Assembly: GCA_043800755.1 (NCBI GenBank)
Contig: JAZDMQ010000076.1
Span: 1 to 56,319 of the forward strand
Reading direction: 5' to 3'
Length of the DNA stretch: 56,319 bases
Origin: a bacterium
Lineage (GTDB): Bacteria > Methylomirabilota > Methylomirabilia > CAVQYV01
The translations under genes were made by a program, and so were the position numbers. A model generated the notes under the pieces. The model had not been told where the DNA came from, made no database searches, and was given only the letters and a program-made list of their open reading frames with translations. Positions 28,849-38,654 of this stretch are shown in pieces; positions within the stretch are counted from its first letter, which is position 1; every line of letters begins with the position of its first letter.

Positions 28849-30108
28849 CTATTCCAGGAAGGCGGGGATCCTCTCCCCGCGGACCAAATCCAGCCAGGTC
28901 TCCCTTTCGCGGAGGAGATGGAATTCCCCGCCGTGCACCAACACCTCTGGCACCCGAGGTCGGGAATTGTAGGTGGAGGACATGGCGAAACCATAGGCGC
29001 CTGCGCTCATCACCGCCAGCAGCTCTCCCTGATCCAAGGGTGGCAACCTCCGGTCCTTCGCCAGGAAATCTCCCGACTCGCAGATGGGCCCCACCACATC
29101 CGCGGTGAGGGTCCCCTCCTCATCCCTCTGCCGGATGGGCTGGATCGAGTGGTAGGAGCCGTAGAGGCTGGGCCGAACCAGATCATTCATGCCCGCATCT
29201 ACGATCACAAAGTCCTTCTGGGACGCCTTTTTGAGATAGAGCACCTTGGTGACCAGGATCCCGGCATTGCCCACAATCACCCTCCCCGGCTCCAGCACCA
29301 CCGTGCAGCCCAAGTCCTGGATCACCGCGATCAGCGCCTCGGCGAACACCCGCGGCGTGGGAGGGTTTTCATTATAGTAGGTAATCCCCAACCCGCCCCC
29401 CACATCCAGATATTGGATGGGGATCCCGCGCCCCCGCAGGGTCTGGATCAGCTCCGCCATCTTGACCAGGCTGTCTACGAAGGGGGCGATTTCAATAATT
29501 TGAGACCCGATGTGCTGGTGTATCCCGATCACCTCGATGTGATTCAGCTCCACGGCCATCTGGTACTCCTCCAGGGCCCGGGCGATGTCGATGCCGAACT
29601 TGTTCTTCTTCAAACCGGTGGCGATGTAGGGGTGGGTCTGGGGGTCCACATCCGGGTTGATCCGCAAGGCCACTCTTGCCTGGGTCCCCAGATCCTTCGC
29701 CACCTGGTTGATCAGAATCAACTCCGGAGAGGACTCCACATTGAACATGAGGATGCCCGATCTCAGGGCAAACTCGATCTCCTCTCGACTCTTCCCCACC
29801 CCCGCATAGACGATGCGGTCGGCGGGGATGCCCGCCCTGAGCGCGCGGTAGATCTCCCCCCCGGAGACCACATCGGCGCCTGATCCCTCCTTGGCAAAGA
29901 TCCGAAGGATGGCCAGGTTGGAATTGGCCTTCAAGGCAAAACAGACCAGATGGGGAATGGCGGAGAAGGCGGAATCGAAGACGCGGAAGTGATGGAGCAG
30001 GGTGTGGTGGCTATAGAGATAGAAGGGGGTCCCGATCTCCGCTGCAATTCGGCGGACGGGCACCTCCTCACAGTATAATTCGCCCTCACGATATTGGAAG
30101 TCGTGCAT
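28849..30108 (-). CDS. lysA: Diaminopimelate decarboxylase
   Basis: FALKAN (PLP Lys), HIGSQI, DVGGG, EPGR, GPICESGD, GAYG, YNSRP. Confidence 0.98.
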   Translation of the reverse strand: MHDFQYREGELYCEEVPVRRIAAEIGTPFYLYSHHTLLHHFRVFDSAFSAIPHLVCFALKANSNLAILRIFAKEGSGADVVSGGEIYRALRAGIPADRIVYAGVGKSREEIEFALRSGILMFNVESSPELILINQVAKDLGTQARVALRINPDVDPQTHPYIATGLKKNKFGIDIARALEEYQMAVELNHIEVIGIHQHIGSQIIEIAPFVDSLVKMAELIQTLRGRGIPIQYLDVGGGLGITYYNENPPTPRVFAEALIAVIQDLGCTVVLEPGRVIVGNAGILVTKVLYLKKASQKDFVIVDAGMNDLVRPSLYGSYHSIQPIRQRDEEGTLTADVVGPICESGDFLAKDRRLPPLDQGELLAVMSAGAYGFAMSSTYNSRPRVPEVLVHGGEFHLLRERETWLDLVRGERIPAFLE

Positions 30109-30160
30109 GGATTTCGCTTCCCCTCAGCAAGAAGGTCTCCCCCCGATGGAAGGTTTTTTT

Positions 30161-30189
30161 TTGATAACACATTCCCCCCTCCTTGTCAA
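30161..30189 (-). promoter_or_regulatory. Sigma70-type promoter upstream of lysA
   Basis: TTGACA (30189-30184), N17, TATCAA, with TGn extension; last -10 base is non-consensus. Confidence 0.65.
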
Positions 30190-30216
30190 AGGGATTCTGG
30201 TAATGAAAGCCGGCCC

Positions 30217-31290
30217 TCAAGGGATTTCGACCTTCACTTCCTCAGAGAGTCCACTCTCATTGCGTTGGGGGGAGGAATCCACGGCGGAGACTGCGTAATA
30301 GAGGATGGTAGCGGGGGGAATGTTCTTGTCCACAAAGGTCACCTTGGTGGTGGGCACGAGATTGAGGCGGATATAGCCCACCCCTGGATAGAGGCTCCGG
30401 TAGACGAAATAGCCTGCCAGGTCCGCCTCGGGATTGGCCTCCCAGGCCAGCCGAACCTCCTTTCCTGCAAGGGCTGCGCTCAGGTTTCGGGGCCGCGAAG
30501 GGGGAGTCGTGTCGCTGGGGATCGCCACCGCCTCGTTGGATTCCAGGCTTTCATGGCCGGAAGGAAGCTCGGGATCAATCGCCCTGACGGTATAGTAATA
30601 GCTCACCTCGTTGGCCAGCCCGGTGTCGATGAAACTCCGCCCCTCAATCGGCTGGGTGTTGATCGGCCTTGAATCGTAGGACTGGGGGGCTTTTCCTCGA
30701 TAAAGGTTGTAGAGGGGGGGCGAGGTAAGCTCCTTCCCGTCTGCCCTGAATCTGGGGGCCTCCCAGGAGAGGAAGACGGTCTGATCGCCCCCGATCGCCT
30801 TCAGGAAGGAGGGGGGGTTGGGGCCGGGATCGATGCGGACCATGACCTCCTTGGAGGGAGGACCCGGTCCCTGGCCAAAATTGATCGCCCGAAGGTGATA
30901 GGCATATTGCTGATCGTAACTCAACCCCCTTCCTTCCCCATCATCGACAAATTCATAGGAATCGCCACTGACCTTTGCGTTCTCTGGCAGATTGGCCTTC
31001 ACCTTTGCGATCAGGGTCGCCGGCAAGGCAGCCCCCTCTTGCTTCACCTCCCGTCGATAGATCTCGAACTCCATGATCTCCCGGGCGGGTTTTCCCTTCA
31101 GGCTCTTGGCAGGGCGGGACCATGACAGATAAGCCCGGTTATCCCGGCTGACCGCCGTCACCTGGCTCACTGCCGAAGGAGTCGTCAACTCAGGCACCAC
31201 CGGGGGGGCCTTCCGGCCACAGGAGGAGACAAAAAGAGTCGCCCCCAGGAGAAGGAGGTTCAGGCCGAGGATGAAATATCGGTTGCCCAT
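30217..31290 (-). CDS. Lipoprotein with LptM/LppL-like N-terminal motif and three fibronectin type III domains
   Basis: Signal peptide ending VSS-C24, then CGRKAPPVVP; three Fn3 repeats (LSW..Y/F.IYR..F.D..Y.V.A). Confidence 0.8.
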   Translation of the reverse strand: MGNRYFILGLNLLLLGATLFVSSCGRKAPPVVPELTTPSAVSQVTAVSRDNRAYLSWSRPAKSLKGKPAREIMEFEIYRREVKQEGAALPATLIAKVKANLPENAKVSGDSYEFVDDGEGRGLSYDQQYAYHLRAINFGQGPGPPSKEVMVRIDPGPNPPSFLKAIGGDQTVFLSWEAPRFRADGKELTSPPLYNLYRGKAPQSYDSRPINTQPIEGRSFIDTGLANEVSYYYTVRAIDPELPSGHESLESNEAVAIPSDTTPPSRPRNLSAALAGKEVRLAWEANPEADLAGYFVYRSLYPGVGYIRLNLVPTTKVTFVDKNIPPATILYYAVSAVDSSPQRNESGLSEEVKVEIP

Positions 31291-31340
31291 AGGGGATTGA
31301 AAAGAAAAGGAAGAGGTCAACTCTTTGTCTTCCCTTTGAC

Positions 31341-31449
31341 CGGGGTGTGTCCCGCAATCCCCGCCCGGTGGGCGGGGTCAAGGGGCACAATACAAATTGA
31401 TATGTACTTCATTTCCGGGAAGCCCCGCCCGGTGGGCGAGGAGCTTCAC
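31341..31449 (+). mobile_element. Candidate non-autonomous IS200/IS605-type miniature element (MITE/PATE)
   Basis: Identical 16-mer CCCCGCCCGGTGGGCG at 31359-31374 and 31423-31438, each the core of a hairpin. Right copy has GAAG at its foot and TCAC at 31446-31449. Left copy has CAAT at its foot and TTGAC ending at 31340. No transposase ORF. Confidence 0.6.
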
Positions 31450-32839
31450 CTGGCCCGGGGCGATTCAGCCTTCTTCTCGCTGCCTTGAGTGCGGCCTCCA
31501 CCCTCTCCCCTGAGGTGCCGCCGGAGGACCGTCGGCGATTGACACAGGCCTCCAGGGAGATGAACTGAAAGACCTCTGGGCCGAAGAGGGGGGAGAAGGC
31601 CTTGAACTCCTCCAGGCTGAGATCCTCGATCTTCTCCTTCCCCTTCTGCAGGCAATAGCGGACAATCCTGCCCACCATCTCGTGGGCGGACCGAAAGGCC
31701 AGACCCTTCCCCGCCAGGTAATCGGCCAGATCGGTGGCATTGAGAAATCCCTGCTCCGCAGCTTGCCGCATTCGTTCTCTATGGACTTTCATTTGCGGAA
31801 GCATCAGGGAGAGGATCTGCAGGCAGGCCTTGGCCGTATCCACGGCATCGAAGAGGGGCTCCTTATCCTCCTGCAGATCCCGATTGTAGCTCAGAGGCAG
31901 ACCCTTCATGGTAGCCAACAAGGAGAAGAGGCTGCCGAAGACGCGACCCGATTTCCCCCTCACCAGCTCGGCCACATCGGGGTTCTTTTTCTGCGGCATC
32001 ATGCTCGATCCGGTGGCAAAGGCATCGGGAAGATCGAGGAAGCCGAACTCCGCCGTAGACCAGAGGATGATCTCCTCGCAGAGGCGGGAGAGGTGCATCA
32101 TCAAGATCGAGGCGGCGCCCAGAAACTCCAGGGAGAAATCGCGATCCGAGACTGCATCCAGGCTATTCTCCGCAACCTGGGCAAAGCCCAGGAGCTGGGC
32201 GACATAATCCGAATCGATGGGGAAGCTGGTCCCGGCCAGGGCCCCGGCCCCGAGGGGCAAGACATTCCCCCTTTGTCGGCAGTCGCCAAGGCGTCCCAAG
32301 TCCCGGTCCAACATCTCAAAATAGGCGAGGAGGTGATGGGCCAGGAGGATGGGCTGGGCCCGTTGGGTGTGGGTGTAGCCAGGGAGGATCGTCCTCAGGT
32401 TATCCTCTGCCAACTCCAAGAGGGCCGACTGCAGAGAGCGAATTAAGAGGCACAGGGCATCGATCTGCTCTCGAAGGTAGAGGCGGATGTCCAGGGCCAC
32501 CTGATCATTGCGGGAGCGGCCGGTATGGAGCTTGCCTCCCACCTCCCCCACCTTTTCGATCAGCAGGGCCTCGATGTTCATATGGACATCCTCTAACGCC
32601 GGATCAAAGGTCACCTTTCCGGCCTCGATCTCCCCTGCGATCTCCCGCAACCCGGCCACGATCTCCCTGGCCTCTGTCGGGCTGATGATCCCGGCCTTCC
32701 CCAACATCCGGGCATGGGCAATGCTGCCCTGAATATCGTATTTCGCCAGGCGGCCATCAAAAGAGACCGACTCGGTAAAGGCCTCGACCGACTGATGGGT
32801 CTTCTCCTTGAATCTCCCTCCCCACGGCTTCTTCTTCAT
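31409..32839 (-). CDS. argH: Argininosuccinate lyase
   Basis: PWGGRF, LHTGRSRNDQ, PGYTHTQRAQP, GSSMMPQKKNPD, SYNRDLQEDKE; atypical Pro/Gly tail. Confidence 0.98.
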   Translation of the reverse strand: MKKKPWGGRFKEKTHQSVEAFTESVSFDGRLAKYDIQGSIAHARMLGKAGIISPTEAREIVAGLREIAGEIEAGKVTFDPALEDVHMNIEALLIEKVGEVGGKLHTGRSRNDQVALDIRLYLREQIDALCLLIRSLQSALLELAEDNLRTILPGYTHTQRAQPILLAHHLLAYFEMLDRDLGRLGDCRQRGNVLPLGAGALAGTSFPIDSDYVAQLLGFAQVAENSLDAVSDRDFSLEFLGAASILMMHLSRLCEEIILWSTAEFGFLDLPDAFATGSSMMPQKKNPDVAELVRGKSGRVFGSLFSLLATMKGLPLSYNRDLQEDKEPLFDAVDTAKACLQILSLMLPQMKVHRERMRQAAEQGFLNATDLADYLAGKGLAFRSAHEMVGRIVRYCLQKGKEKIEDLSLEEFKAFSPLFGPEVFQFISLEACVNRRRSSGGTSGERVEAALKAARRRLNRPGPGEAPRPPGGASRK

Positions 32840-32910
32840 TGACCCGCCTTTGCAGCCCTTTCCGGCCCCATCGGGAAGGCAGACCTCCCTTCCCGCCACC
32901 AAACCGCTTC

Positions 32911-34128
32911 TCAACCCCTCTGTCTTTTCTCTACCCTGGCCCTCACCCGCAAGGGCAGGCCCCAGATCTTACAAAAGGACTCCCCGGCCTGATGGTCGAA
33001 GGTATCCGCGGCATCGTAGGTCGCCAGGTTGAAATCATAGAGAGAGAACTCTGACTTGCGGGCCACCGGCACACACTGCCCCTTGTAGAGCTTCATCCTC
33101 ACGACCCCGCTCACATTTCTCTGGGTCTCCTTGACGAAGGCATCCAGTGCCCCCTTGAGCGGAGAGAACCAGAGGCCGTAATAGACCAGTTCTGCATACC
33201 GGGGTACCAGGGATTCCTTGAAATGGAAGGTGTCGCGATCCAGGGTCAGGTTCTCCAGTTCCCGGTGGGCGATATGAAGGACTGTGGCCCCTGGGGCCTC
33301 GTAGACCTCCCTCGATTTGATCCCCACCAGGCGATTCTCCACCAAATCCTGCCGGCCGATTCCATACTCGCCTGCGATCTGGTTGAGGCTCCTAAGGAGC
33401 TGGGGCACGGACATCTCCTTGCCGTCCACCGCCACGGGCACCCCCTCCTCGAAACTCACCTCCAGGTAGCGGGGCTTATCCGGGGCCTCCTCCGGGGCCT
33501 TGGTGATAATATAGACATCGGCCGGGGGCTCCACCCACGGGTCTTCTAAGACGCCACATTCGATGCTGATGCCCCACAGATTGCGGTCGATGCTGTAGGG
33601 CTTTTCCTTGGTAGCCCGCACCGGGATATCGTGCCTCTTGGCGTACTCGATCTCCTCCTCCCGAGACTTGAATTCCCAAGTTCGCACGGGCGCCAAGACG
33701 CGCAGATCTGGAGCGAGCGCCATGACCGAGACCTCGAAGCGCACCTGATCATTGCCCTTGCCCGTGGAGCCATGGGCCACGGCATCGGCCTCTTCCTTGC
33801 GGGCGACCTCTACCAGGTGCTTGGAGATCAAGGGGCGGCTGATGGCGGCCGAAAGGAGATACTTCCCTTCATAGACGGCATTGGCCTGAAGCACCGGCAG
33901 GCAGTAGTCCCGTGCAAATTCATCCTTCAGGTCCTCGAGGTAGACCTTGCTCGCCCCGGTCTTCAACGCCTTTTCCCGCAGGGGCTCCAAAAATTCCTCC
34001 TGGCCCACATCCGCGGCCAGGGCAATCACCTCGCAGCCATAGTGCTCAATGAGCCACCGAATCATGACCGAGGTATCGAGCCCGCCCGAATAAGCCAACA
34101 CCACCTTGTTCACCGCTTTCTCCATCAT
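32911..34128 (-). CDS. argG: Argininosuccinate synthase
   Basis: LAYSGGLDTS, HGSTGKGNDQVRF, ENRLVGIKSREVYEAP. Confidence 0.98.
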   Translation of the reverse strand: MMEKAVNKVVLAYSGGLDTSVMIRWLIEHYGCEVIALAADVGQEEFLEPLREKALKTGASKVYLEDLKDEFARDYCLPVLQANAVYEGKYLLSAAISRPLISKHLVEVARKEEADAVAHGSTGKGNDQVRFEVSVMALAPDLRVLAPVRTWEFKSREEEIEYAKRHDIPVRATKEKPYSIDRNLWGISIECGVLEDPWVEPPADVYIITKAPEEAPDKPRYLEVSFEEGVPVAVDGKEMSVPQLLRSLNQIAGEYGIGRQDLVENRLVGIKSREVYEAPGATVLHIAHRELENLTLDRDTFHFKESLVPRYAELVYYGLWFSPLKGALDAFVKETQRNVSGVVRMKLYKGQCVPVARKSEFSLYDFNLATYDAADTFDHQAGESFCKIWGLPLRVRARVEKRQRG

Positions 34129-34185
34129 ATCCTCCCCGCCGACTTAGAATAAATGGGCCTCCGCCCCTCCACCCTTCCCCCCAAC

Positions 34186-35109
34186 CTATCCCCCCATCCG
34201 CTTCACCAGGATCGCCTTTTGCAGGTGGAGCCGATTCTCAGCTTGATCCCAGACGGCCGAGTGGGGACCATCCATCACCTCATCGGTGATCTCTTCTCCC
34301 CGATGGGCCGGCAGACAGTGCATCACCAGGACCTGGGGTTTAGCCAGGGAGAGGAGGGGGGCGTTCACTTGAAACCCCTGGAAGGCCTCCAGGCGCTTTT
34401 CCCGTTCCTGCTCCTGACCCATGCTGGTCCAAACATCCGTGTAGAGGACATCCGCGCCCTCGACTGCCCGCTGCGGGTCATGGTCGATCTCGATCTTTCC
34501 TCCGGAGATGGCCGCCTCCTTCAAGACCTCCCGGTGGATCCCCTGATCCGGCTCATAGCCCTCCGGGCAGACGATGACCAAATGGATGCCCAATTTGGCC
34601 GCCCCTTCCATCAGGGAGTGGGCCATGTTGTTTCCGTCCCCCACATAAGCGACCTTGAGTCCCTTGAGTCCCTGCCTCCTCTCCCGAATGGTGAACAGGT
34701 CAGCCAGCACCTGACAGGGATGGTGCAGGTCGGTGAGGCCGTTAATGACCGGTATGCTGGCACAGCGGGCCAACTCCTCCACCACCTGATGCCCGAAGGT
34801 GCGGATGACGAGGCCATCCACATAACGGGAGAGTACGCGTGCGGTATCGGCAATCGTCTCTCCCCGGCCGATCTGCAGGTCTTTGGAACTCAGGAAGAGG
34901 GCATGGCCCCCCAATTGATACATCCCCACCTCGAAGGAGACCCGGGTCCGAGTGGAGGATTTCTCGAAGATCATCCCCAGGGTTTTTCCCAGAAGAGGGG
35001 TGTAGCGCTCCCCCCGCTTCTGCCTCGCCTTCAAATCCTCCGCCAGATCGAGGAGCTCTTCGATCTCCGGTCGGCCCAAGTCTGCGATGCTCAGTAGATC
35101 TTTCTTCAT
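34186..35109 (-). CDS. argF: Ornithine carbamoyltransferase
   Basis: SSTRTR, HPCQ, DGNN, YTDVWTSMG, HCLP, AENR. Confidence 0.98.
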   Translation of the reverse strand: MKKDLLSIADLGRPEIEELLDLAEDLKARQKRGERYTPLLGKTLGMIFEKSSTRTRVSFEVGMYQLGGHALFLSSKDLQIGRGETIADTARVLSRYVDGLVIRTFGHQVVEELARCASIPVINGLTDLHHPCQVLADLFTIRERRQGLKGLKVAYVGDGNNMAHSLMEGAAKLGIHLVIVCPEGYEPDQGIHREVLKEAAISGGKIEIDHDPQRAVEGADVLYTDVWTSMGQEQEREKRLEAFQGFQVNAPLLSLAKPQVLVMHCLPAHRGEEITDEVMDGPHSAVWDQAENRLHLQKAILVKRMGG

Positions 35110-36305
35110 TTTGCCATTCCCGCGAAGACTGAATCCAGGACCCCAATCGCCTGATCGATCTCCCCCTGCTTCACATTCAGGGCTGGGATGATCCTCAGCA
35201 CCTTATCTCCCAAGCTGTTGATCAGCACCCCTCTTTCCTGGCATTGCGCATCGATCTCCTTGCCCGGGAATTCCAGCTCCACCCCGATCAAAAGGCCCTT
35301 TCCTCGCACCTCCTTGATGAAACCGTATTTCCTCTGGAGGTCTTTCAGCCGCCCCATGAAATAGCCTCCCATCCGTTGGGTGTTACCCAGCAAATCTTCT
35401 TCCCCAATGGCCTTCAGCACCTCGGTCCCTACGAAGGCCACCAGAGGATTCCCCCCAAAGGTTGCCGCATGAGTCCCCGGACCGAAGCTCCTTGCGACCT
35501 CCTCCTTCGCCAGCATCGCCCCCACCGGAAGTCCTCCGGCCAGCGCCTTGGCCAGGGACATGACATCCGGCTCGATCCCATAATGCTGATGGCAGAACAT
35601 GGCGCCCGTACGACCGATCCCGGTAAACACCTCGTCCAGGATCAACAGCAGGCCCTTCTCATCGCAGAGCCTTCTCAGCCCCGGGAGGAAGTCGTCCGCC
35701 GGCACATTCACCCCTCCTAAGGCCTGGATGGGCTCGAGCATAATCGCTGCCGTCTTCTGACTGAGGGCGGCCTCGGCCGCCCTCAGGTCATTGAAAGGGA
35801 CATATTTGAAGCCCTCGGGCAAGGGCTCGAAGCCCTTATGGTATTTGGTCTGAGCGGTGGCCGTCAAGGTAGCCAGGGTGCGGCCGTGAAAGGAGCCCTC
35901 CATGGTGATGATCTCGTATCGCTCCGGATGGCCGCTATCTTTGGCGTATTTCCGCGCCAGCTTGATACAGGCCTCATTGGCCTCTCCCCCGCTGTTGCAA
36001 AAGAAGACCCGGTCCGCGAAGGAGATCTCACAAAGGACCTTGGCCAAACGAATCTGGGCCTCGATATGGTAAAGGTTGGAGACATGGAGCAACCTCCCCG
36101 CCTGCTCCCGAATGGCCGCCACCACCTTGGGGTGGCAGTGGCCCAGCCCGTTCACCCCGATCCCCATGACCAGGTCCAGATACCGGCGCCCCTCGCTGTC
36201 CCATACGGAGGAGCCCTCACCCTTTACCAGGCAAATGGGAAGCCGGGCGTAGGTTTGGGCGACATATCGATTGGCATCTTCCATCCATCCTTCCTGCAAG
36301 CTCAT
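35106..36305 (-). CDS. argD: Acetylornithine aminotransferase
   Basis: NSGGEANE, SFHGRT, DEVFTGIGRTG, AKALAGG, TFGGNP. Confidence 0.96.
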   Translation of the reverse strand: MSLQEGWMEDANRYVAQTYARLPICLVKGEGSSVWDSEGRRYLDLVMGIGVNGLGHCHPKVVAAIREQAGRLLHVSNLYHIEAQIRLAKVLCEISFADRVFFCNSGGEANEACIKLARKYAKDSGHPERYEIITMEGSFHGRTLATLTATAQTKYHKGFEPLPEGFKYVPFNDLRAAEAALSQKTAAIMLEPIQALGGVNVPADDFLPGLRRLCDEKGLLLILDEVFTGIGRTGAMFCHQHYGIEPDVMSLAKALAGGLPVGAMLAKEEVARSFGPGTHAATFGGNPLVAFVGTEVLKAIGEEDLLGNTQRMGGYFMGRLKDLQRKYGFIKEVRGKGLLIGVELEFPGKEIDAQCQERGVLINSLGDKVLRIIPALNVKQGEIDQAIGVLDSVFAGMAK

Positions 36306-36353
36306 CTCTTTTCCCCTCAGATGAAAAGGAGGTTACCTTCCTGTCCTTTCCGC

Positions 36354-37232
36354 TCAGTTCAAGATCTCGGTGCCGATTCCCCTCTCCGTAAAGATCTCCA
36401 GGAGCAAGCAATGGGGGACCTTCCCGTTGATGATGTGGGCCTTCCCCACTCCCCCGTCCAGGGCTCGCAGGCAGGCTTCTACCTTGGGGAGCATGCCCTC
36501 GGCAATCACCCCTTCCCGGATGAGCCGCCTGATCTCTTTGCGATTCAAGGAGGAAATGAGGTTCCCCTCTCGATCCAGAATTCCATCGGTGTCGGAGAGC
36601 AGGATCAGCTTCTCCGCCGCCAGTGCGGCCGCTACCTCTCCTGCCACCGAGTCGGCGTTGATATTATAGGTGCGCCCCTCCTCATCCGCACCAATCGGGG
36701 CAATGCAGGGTATAAACCCTGCCTCCTCCAGGGTCAGGAGGAGGCGCGGGTCAACCTGCACCACCTGCCCCACCTGCCCCAAATCTATTCTCTGGGGCCC
36801 CCTCGCCCCCTGCCTTCGGTGTCTGATCCTGGCTGCCTTGATCAATCCGCCATCTTTGCCACTGAGGCCCACCGCGCATCCTCCGTGTCGGTTGATCAGC
36901 GACACCAGATTGGAATTGATCTCGCCCACCAAGACCATCTCCACGATCCGCATGGTCTCCGCATCCGTCACCCGAAGGCCGTCGACGAATCTTGGCTGCA
37001 GGCCTTGTTGCTTGATGGCCTTATCGATTTGAGGTCCCCCGCCGTGCACGATGACCGGACGCATCCCCACATACCTCATCAGGATGACATCCAGCATCAC
37101 CGCCTCTGGCAGTCCCTCCTCCGTCATCGCCGAGCCGCCATATTTGATGACCACCGCCTTATTTTGAAACTGGCGGATAAAGGGCAGGGCCTCAATCAGC
37201 ACCTCCACCTGCCTCTCCGATTTTCTGACCAT
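36354..37232 (-). CDS. argB: Acetylglutamate kinase
   Basis: VIKYGGS, VHGGGPQI, GLRVTD, YNINAD, GMLPK, GIGTE; SD GGAGG. Confidence 0.98.
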   Translation of the reverse strand: MVRKSERQVEVLIEALPFIRQFQNKAVVIKYGGSAMTEEGLPEAVMLDVILMRYVGMRPVIVHGGGPQIDKAIKQQGLQPRFVDGLRVTDAETMRIVEMVLVGEINSNLVSLINRHGGCAVGLSGKDGGLIKAARIRHRRQGARGPQRIDLGQVGQVVQVDPRLLLTLEEAGFIPCIAPIGADEEGRTYNINADSVAGEVAAALAAEKLILLSDTDGILDREGNLISSLNRKEIRRLIREGVIAEGMLPKVEACLRALDGGVGKAHIINGKVPHCLLLEIFTERGIGTEILN

Positions 37233-37276
37233 AATCCTCCTCTTTCTTGCCGGACCGCAAAGACCTCCCGGATGGC

Positions 37277-38629
37277 TCACAGGATGTAGCGACTCAGATC
37301 CTGATCCTTGATGACCTCGGTGAGTCGATCTCGAACATAGTGGGCATCGATGACCACCTTTGCCCCCTCCATCTGGGGGGCCTCAAAGGAGACCTCCTCC
37401 AGGAGCTTCTCCATGATGGTGTAGAGCCTTCTCGCCCCGATGTTCTCCGTCGCCTCGTTCACCATGGAGGCCATCTTGGCGATCTCCTCGATCGCATCGG
37501 GGGTGAATTCGATCTGGACCCCTTCGGTCTCCAGGAGGGCCGTGTACTGCTTGGTGAGGGCATTCCGGGGTTCGGTCAGAATGCGCACGAAATCGGCCTT
37601 TCCCAAGGAGTCCAGCTCGACCCGAATGGGAAATCGCCCCTGCATCTCTGGGATCAGGTCGGAGGGCTTGGAGACATGGAAGGCCCCCGCCGCGATGAAC
37701 AGGATGTGATAGGTCCTCACCAGACCATATTTGGTCGAGACGGTGCAACCCTCCACGATGGGCAACAGGTCTCTCTGGACCCCCTCTCGGGACACATCAG
37801 GGCCATGGGTCGATTCCTTCCCCGCGATCTTGTCGATCTCATCCAAGAAGATGATCCCGGAATTCTCCACCCGGAGGATGGCCTCGCTGAGAACCTCATC
37901 CATGTCGATCATCCTCTGGGCCTCTTCTTGGGCGAGGATCTTTCTCGCCTCCTCGATCTTCACCTTCCTCTTCTTCCTCTTCTGGGGCAGGAGGTTGGAG
38001 AGCATCTCCTTGATATTGATGTCCATTTCCTCCAGGCCACCGCTGGAGAAGATCTCCACCATGGGAACAGTCCGGTCCTTGACCTCCAGCTCCACCGCTC
38101 GTTCCTCTAACTTGCCCTCTTCCAGCCTCTTGCGAAGTTTCTCGCGGGTGTCCGAGTTCTTTTGCGCCTCCGCCTCGACCTCATTCTGTCCGCCAGCGGA
38201 GACGGAGCCCTTGGCGGATGGGAGAAGCAGGTCCAGGATGCGCTCCTCCGCCAGGATGCTGGCACGGGACTCCACCTCGCGGGCCTTCTCCCCCTTCACC
38301 ATATTCACCGCCAGGTCGGTCAGATCCCTCACCATGGACTCCACATCCCGGCCCACATATCCTACCTCGGTGTATTTCGACGCCTCCACCTTGATGAAGG
38401 GGGCCTCGGCCAATTTGGCCAACCGACGGGCAATCTCGGTCTTGCCCACCCCAGTGGGACCGATCATAATAATGTTCTTGGGGGCTACCTCGTCCCGCAG
38501 TTCAGGGGGGAGCTTCTGCCTCCGCCACCGATTCCTCAATGCGACGGCCACGGCCCGCTTGGCATTCTTTTGGCCGATGATATACTTATCCAATTCCTGG
38601 ACGATCTGCTTGGGGGTCAACTGTTCCAT
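37277..38629 (-). CDS. hslU: HslU ATPase
   Basis: [24 protein letters not shown]-terminal SRYIL. Confidence 0.99.
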   Translation of the reverse strand: MEQLTPKQIVQELDKYIIGQKNAKRAVAVALRNRWRRQKLPPELRDEVAPKNIIMIGPTGVGKTEIARRLAKLAEAPFIKVEASKYTEVGYVGRDVESMVRDLTDLAVNMVKGEKAREVESRASILAEERILDLLLPSAKGSVSAGGQNEVEAEAQKNSDTREKLRKRLEEGKLEERAVELEVKDRTVPMVEIFSSGGLEEMDINIKEMLSNLLPQKRKKRKVKIEEARKILAQEEAQRMIDMDEVLSEAILRVENSGIIFLDEIDKIAGKESTHGPDVSREGVQRDLLPIVEGCTVSTKYGLVRTYHILFIAAGAFHVSKPSDLIPEMQGRFPIRVELDSLGKADFVRILTEPRNALTKQYTALLETEGVQIEFTPDAIEEIAKMASMVNEATENIGARRLYTIMEKLLEEVSFEAPQMEGAKVVIDAHYVRDRLTEVIKDQDLSRYIL

Positions 38630-38654
38630 CTTCCTTCCCTGCCCAACATGCACA

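Noticed and set aside
31359-31438. The 16-bp direct repeat as a minimal CRISPR array
   Set aside because: Only two short units, no cas genes, and the flanks fit IS200/IS605 ends better.
31409-37232. Absence of argC and argJ/argA from the arginine cluster
   Set aside because: These genes are commonly encoded elsewhere; cannot be judged from one window.
35838-37289. Long plus-strand ORFs (483 aa here; also 42701-43927, 50541-51722, 12237-13235, 1114-2100 and others)
   Set aside because: They lie antisense to well-supported genes and show no recognisable motifs; typical shadow ORFs of GC-rich coding DNA.
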